A DNA stretch of 63,492 bases, filler included, from Vannella sp. (taxonomy: Eukaryota): assembly GCA_023345925.1 (NCBI GenBank). It is 9 parts of 9 records of this genome, joined end to end, with 100 filler letters (N's around TTAATTAATTAA, not from the genome) between each part and the next. Parts side by side here need not be neighbours in the genome. Positions count along the whole stretch, not along the records: positions 28,179 to 36,057 come from JAJQQN010001048.1; positions 36,158 to 46,152 come from JAJQQN010000113.1; positions 46,253 to 51,426 come from JAJQQN010000488.1; 6 more parts are not named here. One strand, given 5' to 3'. The notes beneath the pieces were generated by a model. The model searched no databases and was not told the origin of the DNA. It was given only the letters and a program-made list of their open reading frames with translations. Shown piece by piece: positions 35,074-47,265 of this stretch. Both the position numbers and the translations under genes were made by a program. Position 1 is the first letter of the stretch. The number at the start of each line of letters is the position of its first letter.

Positions 35074-36057
35074 TTAATTTGGAGGGATAGAAAGGTTTTC
35101 GGAAAAGAAGAGTTCCTTATTGAGCTGATACGAGTTCCATCGGATACGAAGCTCCACTGCAAGTATACTCAATGCAACAATAACAATGGCACCGCAAACC
35201 ATTCCTAAAGATATCCACGAGATTGTGATTTGTCCATTATCACTGCTGGAGTGACAGGGATCTCTATTCCTTTCTCCTGCACCCGTGAAAAGGAGGGCAA
35301 AATTGGTCAAATGGTCCGTTTGACCACACAAGGAACCTTCCTTCGTTTTGGTGAGGCACTCATCCTCGCATCTCCACTTGGCCTTGTCCTCGTCATAGTA
35401 GCTCAGACATTGCATTCTCTTCTGGTCCGCAGAGGGAACGAAACAAATCGTCAAGGGAGTGTTCAACTCTGAGATGGAGTTGCCATCACTGTCAACAAGA
35501 GTCACTTCAATGACTGAGCTTCCGAGTTGCTGATTAGGAGCGGGTAGGAGCCCAACATTTGAGGTAGTAACTGTGAGAGTGACATTGGACTGGCTGCTCA
35601 ACTCAGGAGGAACAATCAAAATGCCAACTTCGCCACCAAGAGGATCCGTCACCTTTAAAGTCAATTCCGAAGTTTGGTTTGTCAAATTGACTATTATCGC
35701 TGACATAAGAGGAGAATGAGAGGGTGATTCAGTCAGCTTTGCAGAAAAGGAAGGCGTCCGTGATAGAGAGGCTGTTTCAGAGACAGACGGGAAGGTTGAT
35801 AATGATGCAAAGACTGTTGAAACAGAAACGGAGGAGGATCCAGAAGGGGAGAAGGATGGTGCAGAGGTTTGCGAAGGAGAAGCTGTCAATGAGGAGGATC
35901 CAGAAGGGGAGGCTGTCAATGACAATGAGGAGGATCCAGAAGGGGAGACTGTCAATGATGGTGAATAGGATCCAGAAGGGGAGGCTGTCAATGATGATGA
36001 AGAGGATCCAGAAGGGGAGGGTGTCAATGATGATGAAGAAGTTCCAGAAGGGGAGAC
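35074..36057 (-). CDS. Ser/Thr/Pro-rich stalk + GAIN/GPS domain + single TM (adhesion-like surface protein, 5' truncated)
   Basis: CLSYYDEDKAKWRCEDECL..LCGQTDHLTNFALLF contains the HL/T autoproteolysis motif; one TM segment and a short tail. Confidence 0.82.
   Translation of the reverse strand, partial: VSPSGTSSSSLTPSPSGSSSSSLTASPSGSYSPSLTVSPSGSSSLSLTASPSGSSSLTASPSQTSAPSFSPSGSSSVSVSTVFASLSTFPSVSETASLSRTPSFSAKLTESPSHSPLMSAIIVNLTNQTSELTLKVTDPLGGEVGILIVPPELSSQSNVTLTVTTSNVGLLPAPNQQLGSSVIEVTLVDSDGNSISELNTPLTICFVPSADQKRMQCLSYYDEDKAKWRCEDECLTKTKEGSLCGQTDHLTNFALLFTGAGERNRDPCHSSSDNGQITISWISLGMVCGAIVIVALSILAVELRIRWNSYQLNKELFFSENLSIPPN
35830..36057 (-). repeat. Coding tandem repeat of about 30-36 nt units encoding SPSGSSS(S)LTA
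   Basis: GAGGATCCAGAAGGGGAG(G/A)CTGTCAATGA recurs about 6 times up to the contig break. Confidence 0.9.
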
Positions 36058-36157
36058 NNNNNNNNNNNNNNNNNNNNNNNNNNNNNNNNNNNNNNNNNNN
36101 NTTAATTAATTAANNNNNNNNNNNNNNNNNNNNNNNNNNNNNNNNNNNNNNNNNNNN
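36058..36157. other. Artificial contig linker
   Basis: N44-TTAATTAATTAA-N44. Confidence 0.98.
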
Positions 36158-36964
36158 TGCTGAGCGTTTGGAGATTCTATTCACGTCACCTGCCTTGTTT
36201 CGCTGACGAAGAGTCTCATGGAGGACGAAAGTTCGTGCAAAAAAAATCTTGGGAAGCGCCTCCCCTGTGAATGAAATGCAAAATAAAAAAATTGTTGTGG
36301 GGAAATGCAAAATAAAATTGGGGGTCCGGATTTGTGCAAAGCTCTTCCAGAGAGGTGCCAAAGCTCTAGAATTGGGAAGGTTTTCTCACTCACCTGAGAC
36401 CCAGTGGCCAGAGTGCGCTTAAACATGTCAGGGTTACAGCTTCCTTCAGGGAGGAAGTGGCGAACGTTCGGCGGTCTGGTGATAAGTGGAGAAAATGGCT
36501 CAAATGTGTATGATGGGCCAATGGAGGGTTCACTCCCGTGTGGGGGCATTGTTTGAGGACAACTCGCGGCGAACAGGCCAGCAGGCGCGACATCGATCTC
36601 GCAGAAGCTTGCACCACCAGGAACATTCGAAAAATTCTCCAAATCAACAATGCCCCTTCCAGGTGGAGTGTGGACTCCACACGTTTTTGGGAGAGCCCTT
36701 TTTCTTCATGCGGAACAAACTCATCGACTTATTACTCACTCTTGCTGCTCAAAGAAAGCCAAGATCGTACAATCCTCCCCACTAAAAGACTCCAATGTGT
36801 TGAGACCGATCTCACAATTTTATCGACATGGAGCCTTTGAAACAGCTTCTTATGTTATATAGCTCATCCCTGATAGAATGCTCAAACGATAGAGAAAGGT
36901 CTGCACTGACGCACGTTGATAAAGAGCTCTTGCCAAGCACCCCTCTTCGGTTGTGGGACCACTT

Positions 36965-37702
<738 letters not shown>

Positions 37703-37761
37703 TGACACGTGACCCTGACACGCTCCTACAAATAGATGGGCTGATCCATACCCTCACAACC

Positions 37762-38421
37762 ATGTTCAACAGCCCTTTCTTGTACCCCTCCGCTCTATCA
37801 CCATACGTGGAAGGCGTTCCTGGAGGACCTCACACGTTTAGAATCAAGTCAACCATGATGGAGAGCTTGGAAGGTGGCTTCCCTCAGCCAAGTGCATCAC
37901 AACAAGAGTGGGAGGCGATGAAGGAGCAAGTCAGAGCTCTCTCTGAACAACTGAGAGGGGCAGTCGAAGAGTTACGCTTGTTGCGGCGGTTCCTTGTGGT
38001 TGACGAGCAAGGGAAGAGCGTATTCATTGTTGGTGCCAATCTACACATTCTGAAGGACTCTGAAGGCGAGAGGGACGAACCCAACGGCCTTGGAAACCTC
38101 TTCGTCGGCTACAACAAGCCAAGAATGAACACCTCATCTCATGACCGAGGAGGGAGCCACAACGTCATCATAGGAGATCAACACCACTTCAGTGGCTCTG
38201 ATTCCCTGGTCTGTGGACGCAAGAACTCACTACACGGCAAGGGAAGCCTCCTTTCAGGCTTCTGCAACGCCTCTAGCGGTGACTACTCTGCCCTTCTGTC
38301 AGGTTGCTGTAACAGAGCCTCGGGTTGGGCCAGTTGCATAATGGGAGGCTACGCATGCAGGTCTCAGAAGCAGCAAGCAGTTCTCATTGACGAAGGAACG
38401 CAGAAGAAGGTGAGGGTGTGA
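37762..38421 (+). CDS. Coiled coil + bacterial-like Gly/Asn/Ser repeat (adhesin/tail-fibre-type beta-solenoid) protein
   Basis: GANLHI..NGLGNLFVGYN..GSHNVIIG followed by ~15-aa repeats (LSGFCNASSGDYSAL, LSGCCNRASGWASCI). Confidence 0.65.
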   Translation: MFNSPFLYPSALSPYVEGVPGGPHTFRIKSTMMESLEGGFPQPSASQQEWEAMKEQVRALSEQLRGAVEELRLLRRFLVVDEQGKSVFIVGANLHILKDSEGERDEPNGLGNLFVGYNKPRMNTSSHDRGGSHNVIIGDQHHFSGSDSLVCGRKNSLHGKGSLLSGFCNASSGDYSALLSGCCNRASGWASCIMGGYACRSQKQQAVLIDEGTQKKVRV

Positions 38422-38477
38422 CCGCCTGACTGCAGTGGAGTGAGTTTATAAACAGCAGTGCGCATCACTATCGTAGT

Positions 38478-40169
38478 TTACGCGGCCAGAGGCTTCAGGT
38501 TAACGATACAGCCGTCCGCGGGATAGATCGTCGGCAAGTAGATGATCTCGTCGCTCTTGTCGGTTCGTAGGTGCTCCCATTGGCAGTTGGTGATCATGAT
38601 AGCAATGAAAGCCATGATGTGGTTCATTGCGTACTGGTAGCCCATGCACTTGTGTGAGCCCGTTCCAAAGGTGAGGAAGTTCTTGCCATGAAGCGCCTCT
38701 TCGTTCCTTTCAAGACTGAAGCGATCAGGATCAAACTAGGCAGAGAGGGTGAGTGAAATAGCCACGAATGAGCCTAGGGACTTGCTCACCGTAAAGGGGT
38801 TGCTCCAACCTTGGAAAGCGGACTCGAGGACAGAGGGGATGACCAATGCCCCCTTTGGAGCGAGGAAGTCTGGAGTGACCTGGAAGTCCTCCATGGCTTG
38901 GTGAGGTACCATAGTGGCAGGGGGACGGAAACGCAACACCTCCTTCATCACTTGATAGGTAAACGTCATCTCCCCGAGCTTTTCTGCGGTTACTGGCTCA
39001 TCATTAGGGCGTGATTGGGCCTGCTCCTCCTTCAGTCGTTGTAGCACGTCAGGGTGATCCTACTTCGAGTCAGCGCTGTGTGGTTAGAGAGTGTGGAGAG
39101 CTTACAGCAATGAACTGCGTCGTCCATACGAGAGAGGCAGTGGAGGCATCCTGTGCAGCAAACAAAAAGTCCAGCGTTGTGTTCCCGATCTCCTCGTTGG
39201 TACTGTGGGGCGGGGCGGGGAGTCCTTCCTTCTGCGCCTGTTGGATCTCCTTGATAGTGTTCGTCATCCAGAAGTCCAGGAGACACGATGGCTCCTGGTC
39301 TCTAGCCATTCGCTCTTTGCTCTTGCGTGCACACTCTGTAAGAGTAGCCACTACCTTTTTGCGGGCTTTCACAGCGCGATGAAGGGCAGTGCCTGGCACA
39401 TTAAGAGGGAAGGATAAGAATCCGTCGTTCATGCACATGTAGTTATCAGCGAACTCCTTGCGCTCCTCTGTAGAGAGGTACGGCCCAAGGAAGACTGACT
39501 GACTCGTGCTAACGTTCAGATCGCGTAGAACCAGCCGCATCTCAATGGGGCCTTTCATCTTCATCCACTGAAGTCGAAAGAGATGAGCAACTGTTTACAG
39601 TGTTGGAGAGGCCACCTACATCAGCCAAATGGGCTCTAATTGCATCTTCCTGGATCGAGAGGTACACCGCCAGGGCTTTCTTTGTGAACAAAGGAAGTAA
39701 GCGCCGTCTAAGCTCCTTGTGCTACGGAATAGAGGTCAGGACTAAGTTGTGAAGAGGACAGGGACAGAGATCGTACCTCATCTCCTTGCAGGAAAGCGAT
39801 GTTGTCCTTGCCAAGCAGGGCTTCAGCATTAGGATGGAGCACCACCTTGAGTTGTGAAGGACTGTTACTGTTGAAGATTTTGCGAGAGATGGTTGTATCA
39901 CCGCTGAAGACCATGAACTGTCCGAGCAGCGAGTTGGCGGAGAGCTTTCCGTACTTCCCCTGTTGATCCCAGAACCCATATGGTTGCATTACCATCGCTA
40001 CAAGGCCCCCTACCAGGGGCACAATGCTAGATGGGCCCGGTAGCCACTTTTTCTTTGAACGGTAGCTGATCTGTTCGCTGACAAGGTAGCCAGCCACAAG
40101 ACCCGCAAGTACCACCCACCAATAGCTGGTCAGCCATGTAAAAGGGTCAAGAAGCAGCGTGGTGATCAT
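38478..40169 (-). CDS. Cytochrome P450 sterol C-22 desaturase (CYP710/CYP61/CYP524 group), 5 exons
   Basis: LDFLFAAQDASTASL, KEVLRFRPPATMVPH, FDPDRF and heme motif FGTGSHKCMG. Confidence 0.92.
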
Positions 40170-40438
40170 TGAGCTGTGTGCTCAGCCGTGGTTGGCGGCG
40201 GAGGCTGATCGGAAAAGGAACTGTGGAAGCCGCCAATCAAAAGTCAGAACACCGAGGCACTTGTTTTCCCCCCGACTCCTTTCGAAACCCCAAATCATAT
40301 GCGTAATTTCTCTTCTTTCGATAGATTCTGGTGCTGATGGAGGGCAAAGTTGGGTCATGAGTTTTTGGAAATTTCGTAAACGCAATAATTTATTCATTAT
40401 CACAGAGACAACTTTTCCGAGGACGTTTTCGGTTGATC

Positions 40439-42635
40439 ATGACGTGGATCCAAAAGGGAGCGTCCAGATACACAAGATCTACGGAGACAACAGGGAGGAG
40501 AGTGTCTCTTCTACGGAGGACAGATCCCTCCAAGGGACAGGAGTCTTCTGAGTTATCGTCCGCGTTTGGCGAATTCGTTCGTTCACCAGGATCTGAGAAG
40601 TGCGACATATCTTCTTTATTCAAGGAGGTGTCTTCCTTGAGCCCCTCCCTTCGAGGGGATGGCTTCCATGGCCTCTCTGAGGTGGACATCGCGGAAGAGC
40701 CCCGCGGCGAGCTCATTGTCACTGTGGCTCGCTTCCACGATGACTTTGAAGCGTTTCTTAACTCAACTCTATCTAAGAACGCACCGATAGGTAGGCCAGG
40801 TCGCTCTAACGATGCTGATATTCCTTGGGAAGACCACCAACACACTACAACTGCCCAACAAGCACTCTCGCATGCCAAACAGCACGGATTACCACAAGGG
40901 AGATTCTCTCCTTTGATTGAGTGGATGATACGCCAGAGCCAGCCCTTCTTCCTGTCCGCAGAGCCCGACCTCATTCAGCTTGCTTCCCTTTTGGAAGCTT
41001 CCGAGTCCATCATCTTCCCTGAAGAGGACCCTCGTCATATCTTAGCTAACGCGATCACAGAGACAAGAACAATCATCTTGCCACCCCATCTGATCGATGA
41101 AGACTCTTTGGAAGGGAATCCCCAAAACGCAATGGAGGGTTGCGATGTTGGCTCCAAACTCACTGTTGGGGAGATAATAGAACAGATTGATCGGCTTCTC
41201 GAGGCTGTCTCCAGCTTGGTTGACATCTTCAGTCCTTTGTCCGCTCAAATCCGATTCCTGCTGGCTCGGTATCAGTTGGAGAACGGGAATTACGTTGAAG
41301 CTCGCCAGACGATAGTGGAAGCTCGTGAAATCAGTGCCTTGGTGTTCAAAGATCAGGAGGAATACGCCATCACTTTCTGGTTCCTTTCCGTGCTGAATCA
41401 GATTGAAGGCCATCAGAAGGCCGCTTTGGATGCTCGCACAGTATTCTACCTTCGAACTGGAGTGATACGATTGGAGCAGGAAAGGCACCAAGAGGGCCAG
41501 GTTCTGCTTAAAAAGGGAATCCGTGGGGTCAATAAGGTCCGTCATTTCGACCCAATCAACGTACAGATTCAATTCTTCTTAGCGGCCTCTCATTTGAAAA
41601 CAAACGAACCAGAGAAGTCGGTTGGGCTTCTCCGAATGTTAGCTGCAGGGCTGAGGGTGAAGGAATCTCTCTTCCAAAGTCCTTCAGCAACGGAGTATAT
41701 TCCTATCTCTTGCAGTTACAGGATTGCAGAGTTGGTCATTCCCTTTTTCCCTCAGAACATCACTTTATTGAATATTAATGAGTTGCTTGCCATCTCGCTG
41801 TTAGCTGCTGGAAATGACAACGAAGGGCTCCAAATGCTCATTGACATTAACAGTACCTTCAAAGAGAAGGAGATGTATAGTTTGGCAGTGGTATCAAAAG
41901 CTTACGGCCGCTTAGCCCGTCTTTACGAGCAACATAGCAATACCCCTGAAACACCTCTCACTCACTTTGCTGATGCAGTACGAATGTATCTTGCTGAAGC
42001 CTATTTATACTGGACTATGGGGACTTCTTATCAGTCCGACTTTGTTAGCATTATGAAGGATCTTACACTTCTAATTCAAACCAGAGGCAACCAACTTTCA
42101 AGCGCGGAGATTTCGAAGAGTCTAACCGATCTTATCAATGTTGTTCCTGACGAACACTTCCTAACGGATCCTACCTTGCGATACTCCTTCTTCTGTTTCT
42201 TATTTCCGCCTGAACGCCGCCTGATGGCATGTCTTGAGCCAGCTCGAGATTCCCCAACCATGAGCGGGTTTCTTGCTAAGAGAGGAAAGATGCCTCTTCA
42301 TAGCTGGAAAGCTCGCTTTTTCATTCTGCAAGGACCTTTTCTGAGATATTACGCGTCAGAGGTACATTCCCTCGGGTCTCTTATTTGCAAAACTAATTTC
42401 CGCCTTGCAGGGTGATCCTTCTCCCCTTGGGGATTTTGATGTTCGAGAAGTGGAATCCATTGGGCGGATTCCTCCCGATGTATCTTCTCGGAAGGGCCTA
42501 TATCTTTTGTGGCCGCGATACACTCTCGTCGCCAGCTGTGACGAGGATGAATGTGAGGCTTGGTCAATTGCACTGACAGTTTCCAAGTTCTTTTGGTCCT
42601 ATCGGTTACCAATCGAAGGCCCAATATTCAGATGA
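40439..42635 (+). CDS. Helical (TPR-like) protein with C-terminal PH domain (2 exons)
   Basis: MSGFLAKRGKMPLHSWKARFFILQGPFLRYY..PLGDF..ECEAWSIAL is PH-like; the upstream region is helical-repeat-like; start codon uncertain. Confidence 0.7.
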
Positions 42636-42761
42636 TAGATTTATAGGTTTGTAGATAGAATACAATCAATTCAACGGCCTTACACGTCGATAATCTGCTT
42701 ACGAGATCTCGTTTTACGAGTGTTGTGATGCCTCTTGGCCTCTTCTCGTCGCTTCGGGGGA

Positions 42762-44723
42762 TTACTTGATGGAAAGCGCAGTATCACATGACAATATGAC
42801 GGTTCTGATTCGGAGAACTGGAAAGAAGAAGTCCGGAGAAACTCTTGCATACGGGAATTGGGCCCCTGCTGGAGGAACAGTTGTTCTTTGATGATCACTT
42901 GAGAGGCGACTGGTCTCTGTTTCAGATGGGAAATAACCATCTTTGGCTTTCCTCGTATTTTTTGAAAGAGAGGAGTTGGCTGTGTTGTTCTCCTCCTTGC
43001 TTTTGGTCGAAAAAGGCCGGGATTCTTGGGTCAAGTCAGTGGAGTGTTGAATAGGCAGAGTACAAAAACTTACCAGTTCTTTCCATTTCTCTTCTTGAAT
43101 TCTCATTTTTTTGGAAATATGAAGAGAAGGAATCAAAAATTGACCGGGAAAGAGCGGATTTGCTTGCGTTATCCAATATTGAAATACAATCGACATGATG
43201 GAAGGCTGATGGTGATGGAGGCTCCCTTGACTGATTAAACAAGATCCAATCTCTGGGTTTAATCGCTTCAGCACTCTCTCAATAGATCGGTCCATTCTAC
43301 CAAAGAGGAAGCGCTGAAAATGAGCTTGAATCCATCTATCGTATGTGTGTTGGGGACAAGTGAATTCGAAAACCTCTGGGAACGCAGATCCTCTTTGCTT
43401 TCCAGATTCAAGTATTCCAAATACCTGTCGTGTTAATTGATGACTACAGAAAACGTGAATTGGCTGTGAGCAACCTTCTTCCTCACACTGAATTGGTGAT
43501 CCTCCATATTGATGACATATACTACAAATCTAATCATTATCCCAGTCAATTCCAAACCTCGACATCATCAAAATGGACTCACGGTGGTTAACCAATTGGC
43601 CAGCGGAATATTCTCTAATTTGTCCACAGAACCAGTGATGGGGTCAAATTGAGGAATCGGGTGAACTTCACAGCATACAACATGACACCATGATCCAAAT
43701 GAGTTCTTCAATAAAGCTCCTCCTCGCTTCCCACAAAGAGTGCACTGCATTCCACCCATTCCTCGTCAGTACTGTACTTGCGCGTGTTGTGAACAGCGTA
43801 CGCTTGGTTGGGACCCTCGATTGTATCGTCTTTGGAGGCAAAAGTCGCACTTCCACTTCTCTAGATCAGATTGCCAAGGTCCCTCGGATGGGGAGGGGTA
43901 CCGCAAGCAGGGCAAATGGACAACGATATGACAGTCACTGCAAGTATAAAGAGGAAGGGAAGTGTGTTGAGCACACACGCAGCAGCGGTGCTTCAGTATC
44001 TCCGTTCCTTTCTGTTTGATCCGCTCCAGATCCTCTGTGTGTGAGGGATTCTGTACCACGGGACGATCAATGACACATCAAAGAGTTATAGAAGGGGCCT
44101 CCTACATAGAAGGTTGTCTCGAATGAGCCTATCATCCGCTCGAACTCGCGATCGTCAATATAGGACTCCCTCGGGAGTCCCTGGAGGTAGATCTGCTCAT
44201 TAAGGGACTCAAGAAACACTCTGTCACGTTCAGAGCAGTCATACTCGATGATAGCATCCCTCCCCGCTGGTGCCTGTCAGTCCGTTGCTCCTGGGCTGAG
44301 GTCCTGACTCACTGGACTTGATGTAGCGAAGAGGGTGGCGGAAAGGACAAGAGTTGGCTTCTAGGTAGTTCACCTCCTTAAAGCCAGGCGTCTCTACCGA
44401 GTCCTCCTGATCCTGAGTGAGAAGAGAGCCGAACCGTCCCCCTTTCCACGTACTTTCGGGAGAGCCATACGCTCTGTCAAAGTGCGATAGTCCTCCTCTT
44501 GACACACCGTACAGTTCTTGGTCATATGCCGCAAGCACTCGGAAAGGAAAACGAGCGGGGACTCTGTGCACACCGCAAGAGAGCGAGATGAAACGCCTAT
44601 CGTACGTGAAGAACGCCTATTCTTCTGCTTTGGACTGGTTTCTTCCGCCGATCTCCCTCCATCGGCCTGCATTGAACCCTCAACCGCTTTCCCCGCTCCC
44701 AAGAAATGACCCGATCCCTTCAT
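42762..44723 (-). CDS. EPL1 + PHD + extended-PHD chromatin scaffold (BRPF/JADE/Nto1-like), multi-exon
   Basis: EYDCSERDRVFL..N..EFERMI..FE; CCVC..CSDCHIVVHLPC..WKCDFC; CTLCGKRGGAL..WCHVVC; CSIC..IQC..C..HVFC; exon ends approximate. Confidence 0.72.
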
Positions 44724-44933
44724 AAACCTCCTCACTCACAGAACACTCTTCCCCACGTCCATCTAAATGGCCAGAACTGGGCCAAGTCAAAGCAGCTTGA
44801 TAAACGCATGAGGGCATGGTTGGCCCTCCCCTGTTGCTCTGATGCAAAAGAAGGGGTTCCTTGGGACACCTAGAAGGTAGCTCAGAGAGAGGAGAAGGGT
44901 GGTGTAGTGAGGCAGCTGGAACAGAGAGTTCCT

Positions 44934-45377
44934 TCACTGTTTCTCGCTGGGTGTGTAAAGAGTGGACGAATAACCGTCAAAGTCGGGCTTCAGAACATCG
45001 TAGTTGACAACAGTGTTGAGTTCCGACTAGAGAAGAAGCCAGGGGGTCAGAAGGAGAGCTGCGAGGGAGAAGGAGTCGGCGAGGCTTACCCCATACTCGC
45101 TACTGTGGCGAAGGCGGCGTGTGTATTGATCAATCAGATCAGCGCACTTGCGCTCTGCATTCCATAAGCTCCCTGCGCGGATAGCGCAAAGCTTCATCTG
45201 CTCTTCCAAGTTGAACTTCTCATTCGCGGCCACAGCCTTCTCCAGAACCCGCTGCTGATGAATGTAACGACGCCTGTCCATCGGAGTGTACTCTGAGTCA
45301 TAGCCTGGCTCCCCCGCACGTGGAGGCTGATCATGGAAGCACTCGTTTGGTACGCGGACGTGCGGTTGCTTGTCCAT
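44934..45377 (-). CDS. NADH dehydrogenase subunit NDUFB10 (PDSW)-like, 2 exons
   Basis: RVLEKAV..EKFNLEEQMKLCAIRAG..N..RKCADLIDQY..L twin-Cys helix pattern; GTAAGC..CTGAC..TAG intron. Confidence 0.55.
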
Positions 45378-45456
45378 CCCCAATAAATGACCTGGCGCGG
45401 GCCCCTTTCATACCAGGAGGTGTTATTTATCATACACAAGGTAGGGAGAGTCCTGG

Positions 45457-45994
45457 TTAGCCTTGGGTGTTGGTCTTTACAGTGAAAGTGCAAGCGGGAG
45501 CACTTGTGAGGTCGGTGGTGACTGTGGCTTGGATACCAAGGATAGATAAGGCTCCACGGATCATACCACATGATAGAGCTACGTATTTGGGTGCTTCGGA
45601 GTGGAGGTTGGGGCCGGAGAGGTGCTTTAGGGACTGGAAGCGGTTGTCGACCAACACGAAGATCCCCTTTGCGCTCTCGTTAGTGGAGATGGCGAGGAGA
45701 ACAGAAACATACCCGATGATTGGTCTTAAGGTTATCTATAGGCTTACCATAGGCGTCTGTCCACAGCTCCGTGCAGACAAACTTGATGATTTCGAGGTGG
45801 TCTTGGAAGCGCCTTCGGTCCTGTGCTCTCCTCTCGACTAGACGCTGCCCTACATCGATACCAATCTTCTCCAGCTTGAAAGCTATCGCATCAGACGACA
45901 AGTCTGCGCTCGTTCGCTGCACATACGCCACAAGTTCCATCGAAACGTGGTCCAAGCAGGAGGCGCTCACCTGTCGAGGCTCCGCTGTCGCCAT
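45457..45994 (-). CDS. TRAPPC6: TRAPP complex subunit Trs33/TRAPPC6 (2 exons)
   Basis: LEKIGIDVGQRLVER, IIKFVCTELW, IDNLKTNHR-GIFVLVDN and CGMIRGALSILG. Confidence 0.93.
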
Positions 45995-46012
45995 CAAGAA
46001 ATGAGCATTTCG
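45995..46012. promoter_or_regulatory. 18-nt divergent spacer with back-to-back CATTTC initiator-like motifs
   Basis: CAT-CAA-GAAATG-AG-CATTTC-G-ATG; GAAATG and CATTTC form an inverted repeat. Confidence 0.55.
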
Positions 46013-46152
46013 ATGCCGTTTGGCTGGCACACGCTCCTCATCACTCCAACAGAAGGGCTGACGGCTTTTGGACGTAACAACAGAGGCCAACTGGGACTTG
46101 GTCATGACGAGGCGCAGTTGGAGCCTGTGCAGGTGCCTTGGGAAGGTTCTTG
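46013..46152 (+). CDS. RCC1-repeat protein, copy 4 (truncated by contig end)
   Basis: MPFGWHTLLITPTEGLTAFGRNNRGQLGLGH..VPWEG aligns with the N-termini of the other three copies. Confidence 0.88.
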
Positions 46153-46252
46153 NNNNNNNNNNNNNNNNNNNNNNNNNNNNNNNNNNNNNNNNNNNNTTAA
46201 TTAATTAANNNNNNNNNNNNNNNNNNNNNNNNNNNNNNNNNNNNNNNNNNNN
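46153..46252. other. Artificial contig linker
   Basis: N44-TTAATTAATTAA-N44. Confidence 0.98.
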
Positions 46253-46392
46253 CCGATTTCTTTCAACGTTTCGCCAGATAATTCCGAACGACGAAGATTC
46301 TTCTCCCGAATGCTCGCCTAAAAAGCCTATTAAAAGCACAGCTGATGGCAAGTCAGTATAGTTTATGGTGAAGTTATTATTGGAAGGACTTT

Positions 46393-47183
46393 TCACTCCT
46401 TTTTGTAGACGTTCTCTCCTTGCCCTGAGTGATGCGAGGAGTATCTTGCACTGACGAAGAGGAAGTCGCTTAGCCTGGGTGGGTGTTAGAAGTAGGATAT
46501 GGAGAATGAGGGGCCGACCTGTTGAGGTACTGGAGGACGACAGGAGGGACGCCTTCACATCGAACGGAGGCTCTTTCTGCCCTTCGGCACACTCCTCGGG
46601 CGATATGGAGGAAGCTGGCGCACTGACCTCCTCCCTATCTTGTGTGAGTGGAATGTGGCTCCTCAGACTACACACGTACCGGGAGGATGAAGTTTTTAAG
46701 AGGGGGGAGCGTCGAGTCCATCAGATCGATCCACTTCTCCAGCTCTGCGACGTGAGCCGCAGCAAACTCTGCTCTCTGAATACGTGCAGAGCTAGAGAAC
46801 TCATTGTCCGGTGTCGCAAGCGCAGATCCAACGTCCAACAAGCGAGATTGGATCGTGGGGAGCCACACTGACAAGGCAACTCCGTCCCCACGTCCACTCA
46901 GCTCAGAAGGCAAGCTACTAAACGCTGCCCTGCTTCCGTTTTAGAGTGATACACTTCATACTGGGAAGGAGCGTTACCCGATGAACGAGTTGGCCTCATC
47001 CGTGTCACCCAAAGCATCAAAAATGAGGTCCGCCTTCTTGCGGCGCTCTCCATTGTACAACGAAGAGGTTCCCTTATCCCCTGTCTTGGTATACACTCGA
47101 ATCCTTGTCTCCTCACTGCACGAGCGCGCACTCACACCCAGTAACAACCTCCTCACCTGTGGGAGCCCTGCACGTGCCCACAT
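46393..47183 (-). CDS. MMAB: Mitochondrial cob(I)alamin adenosyltransferase, PduO type (4 exons)
   Basis: [62 protein letters not shown] and YLNR-LSDFLF. Confidence 0.94.
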
Positions 47184-47265
47184 CCCCGCTCCCAAGAAAT
47201 GGAGCCACCAGCAAGGTAAGGGTACACGGATTTACAGTTACACAAGGCCCAGGAGCCTAGCGTGG

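Noticed and set aside
36158..36880. Overlapping short ORFs, a GAAATGCAAAATAAAA direct repeat and a GTGGAGTGTGGACTCCACAC hairpin
   Set aside because: I could not build a consistent gene or RNA model; may be a fragment at a contig end
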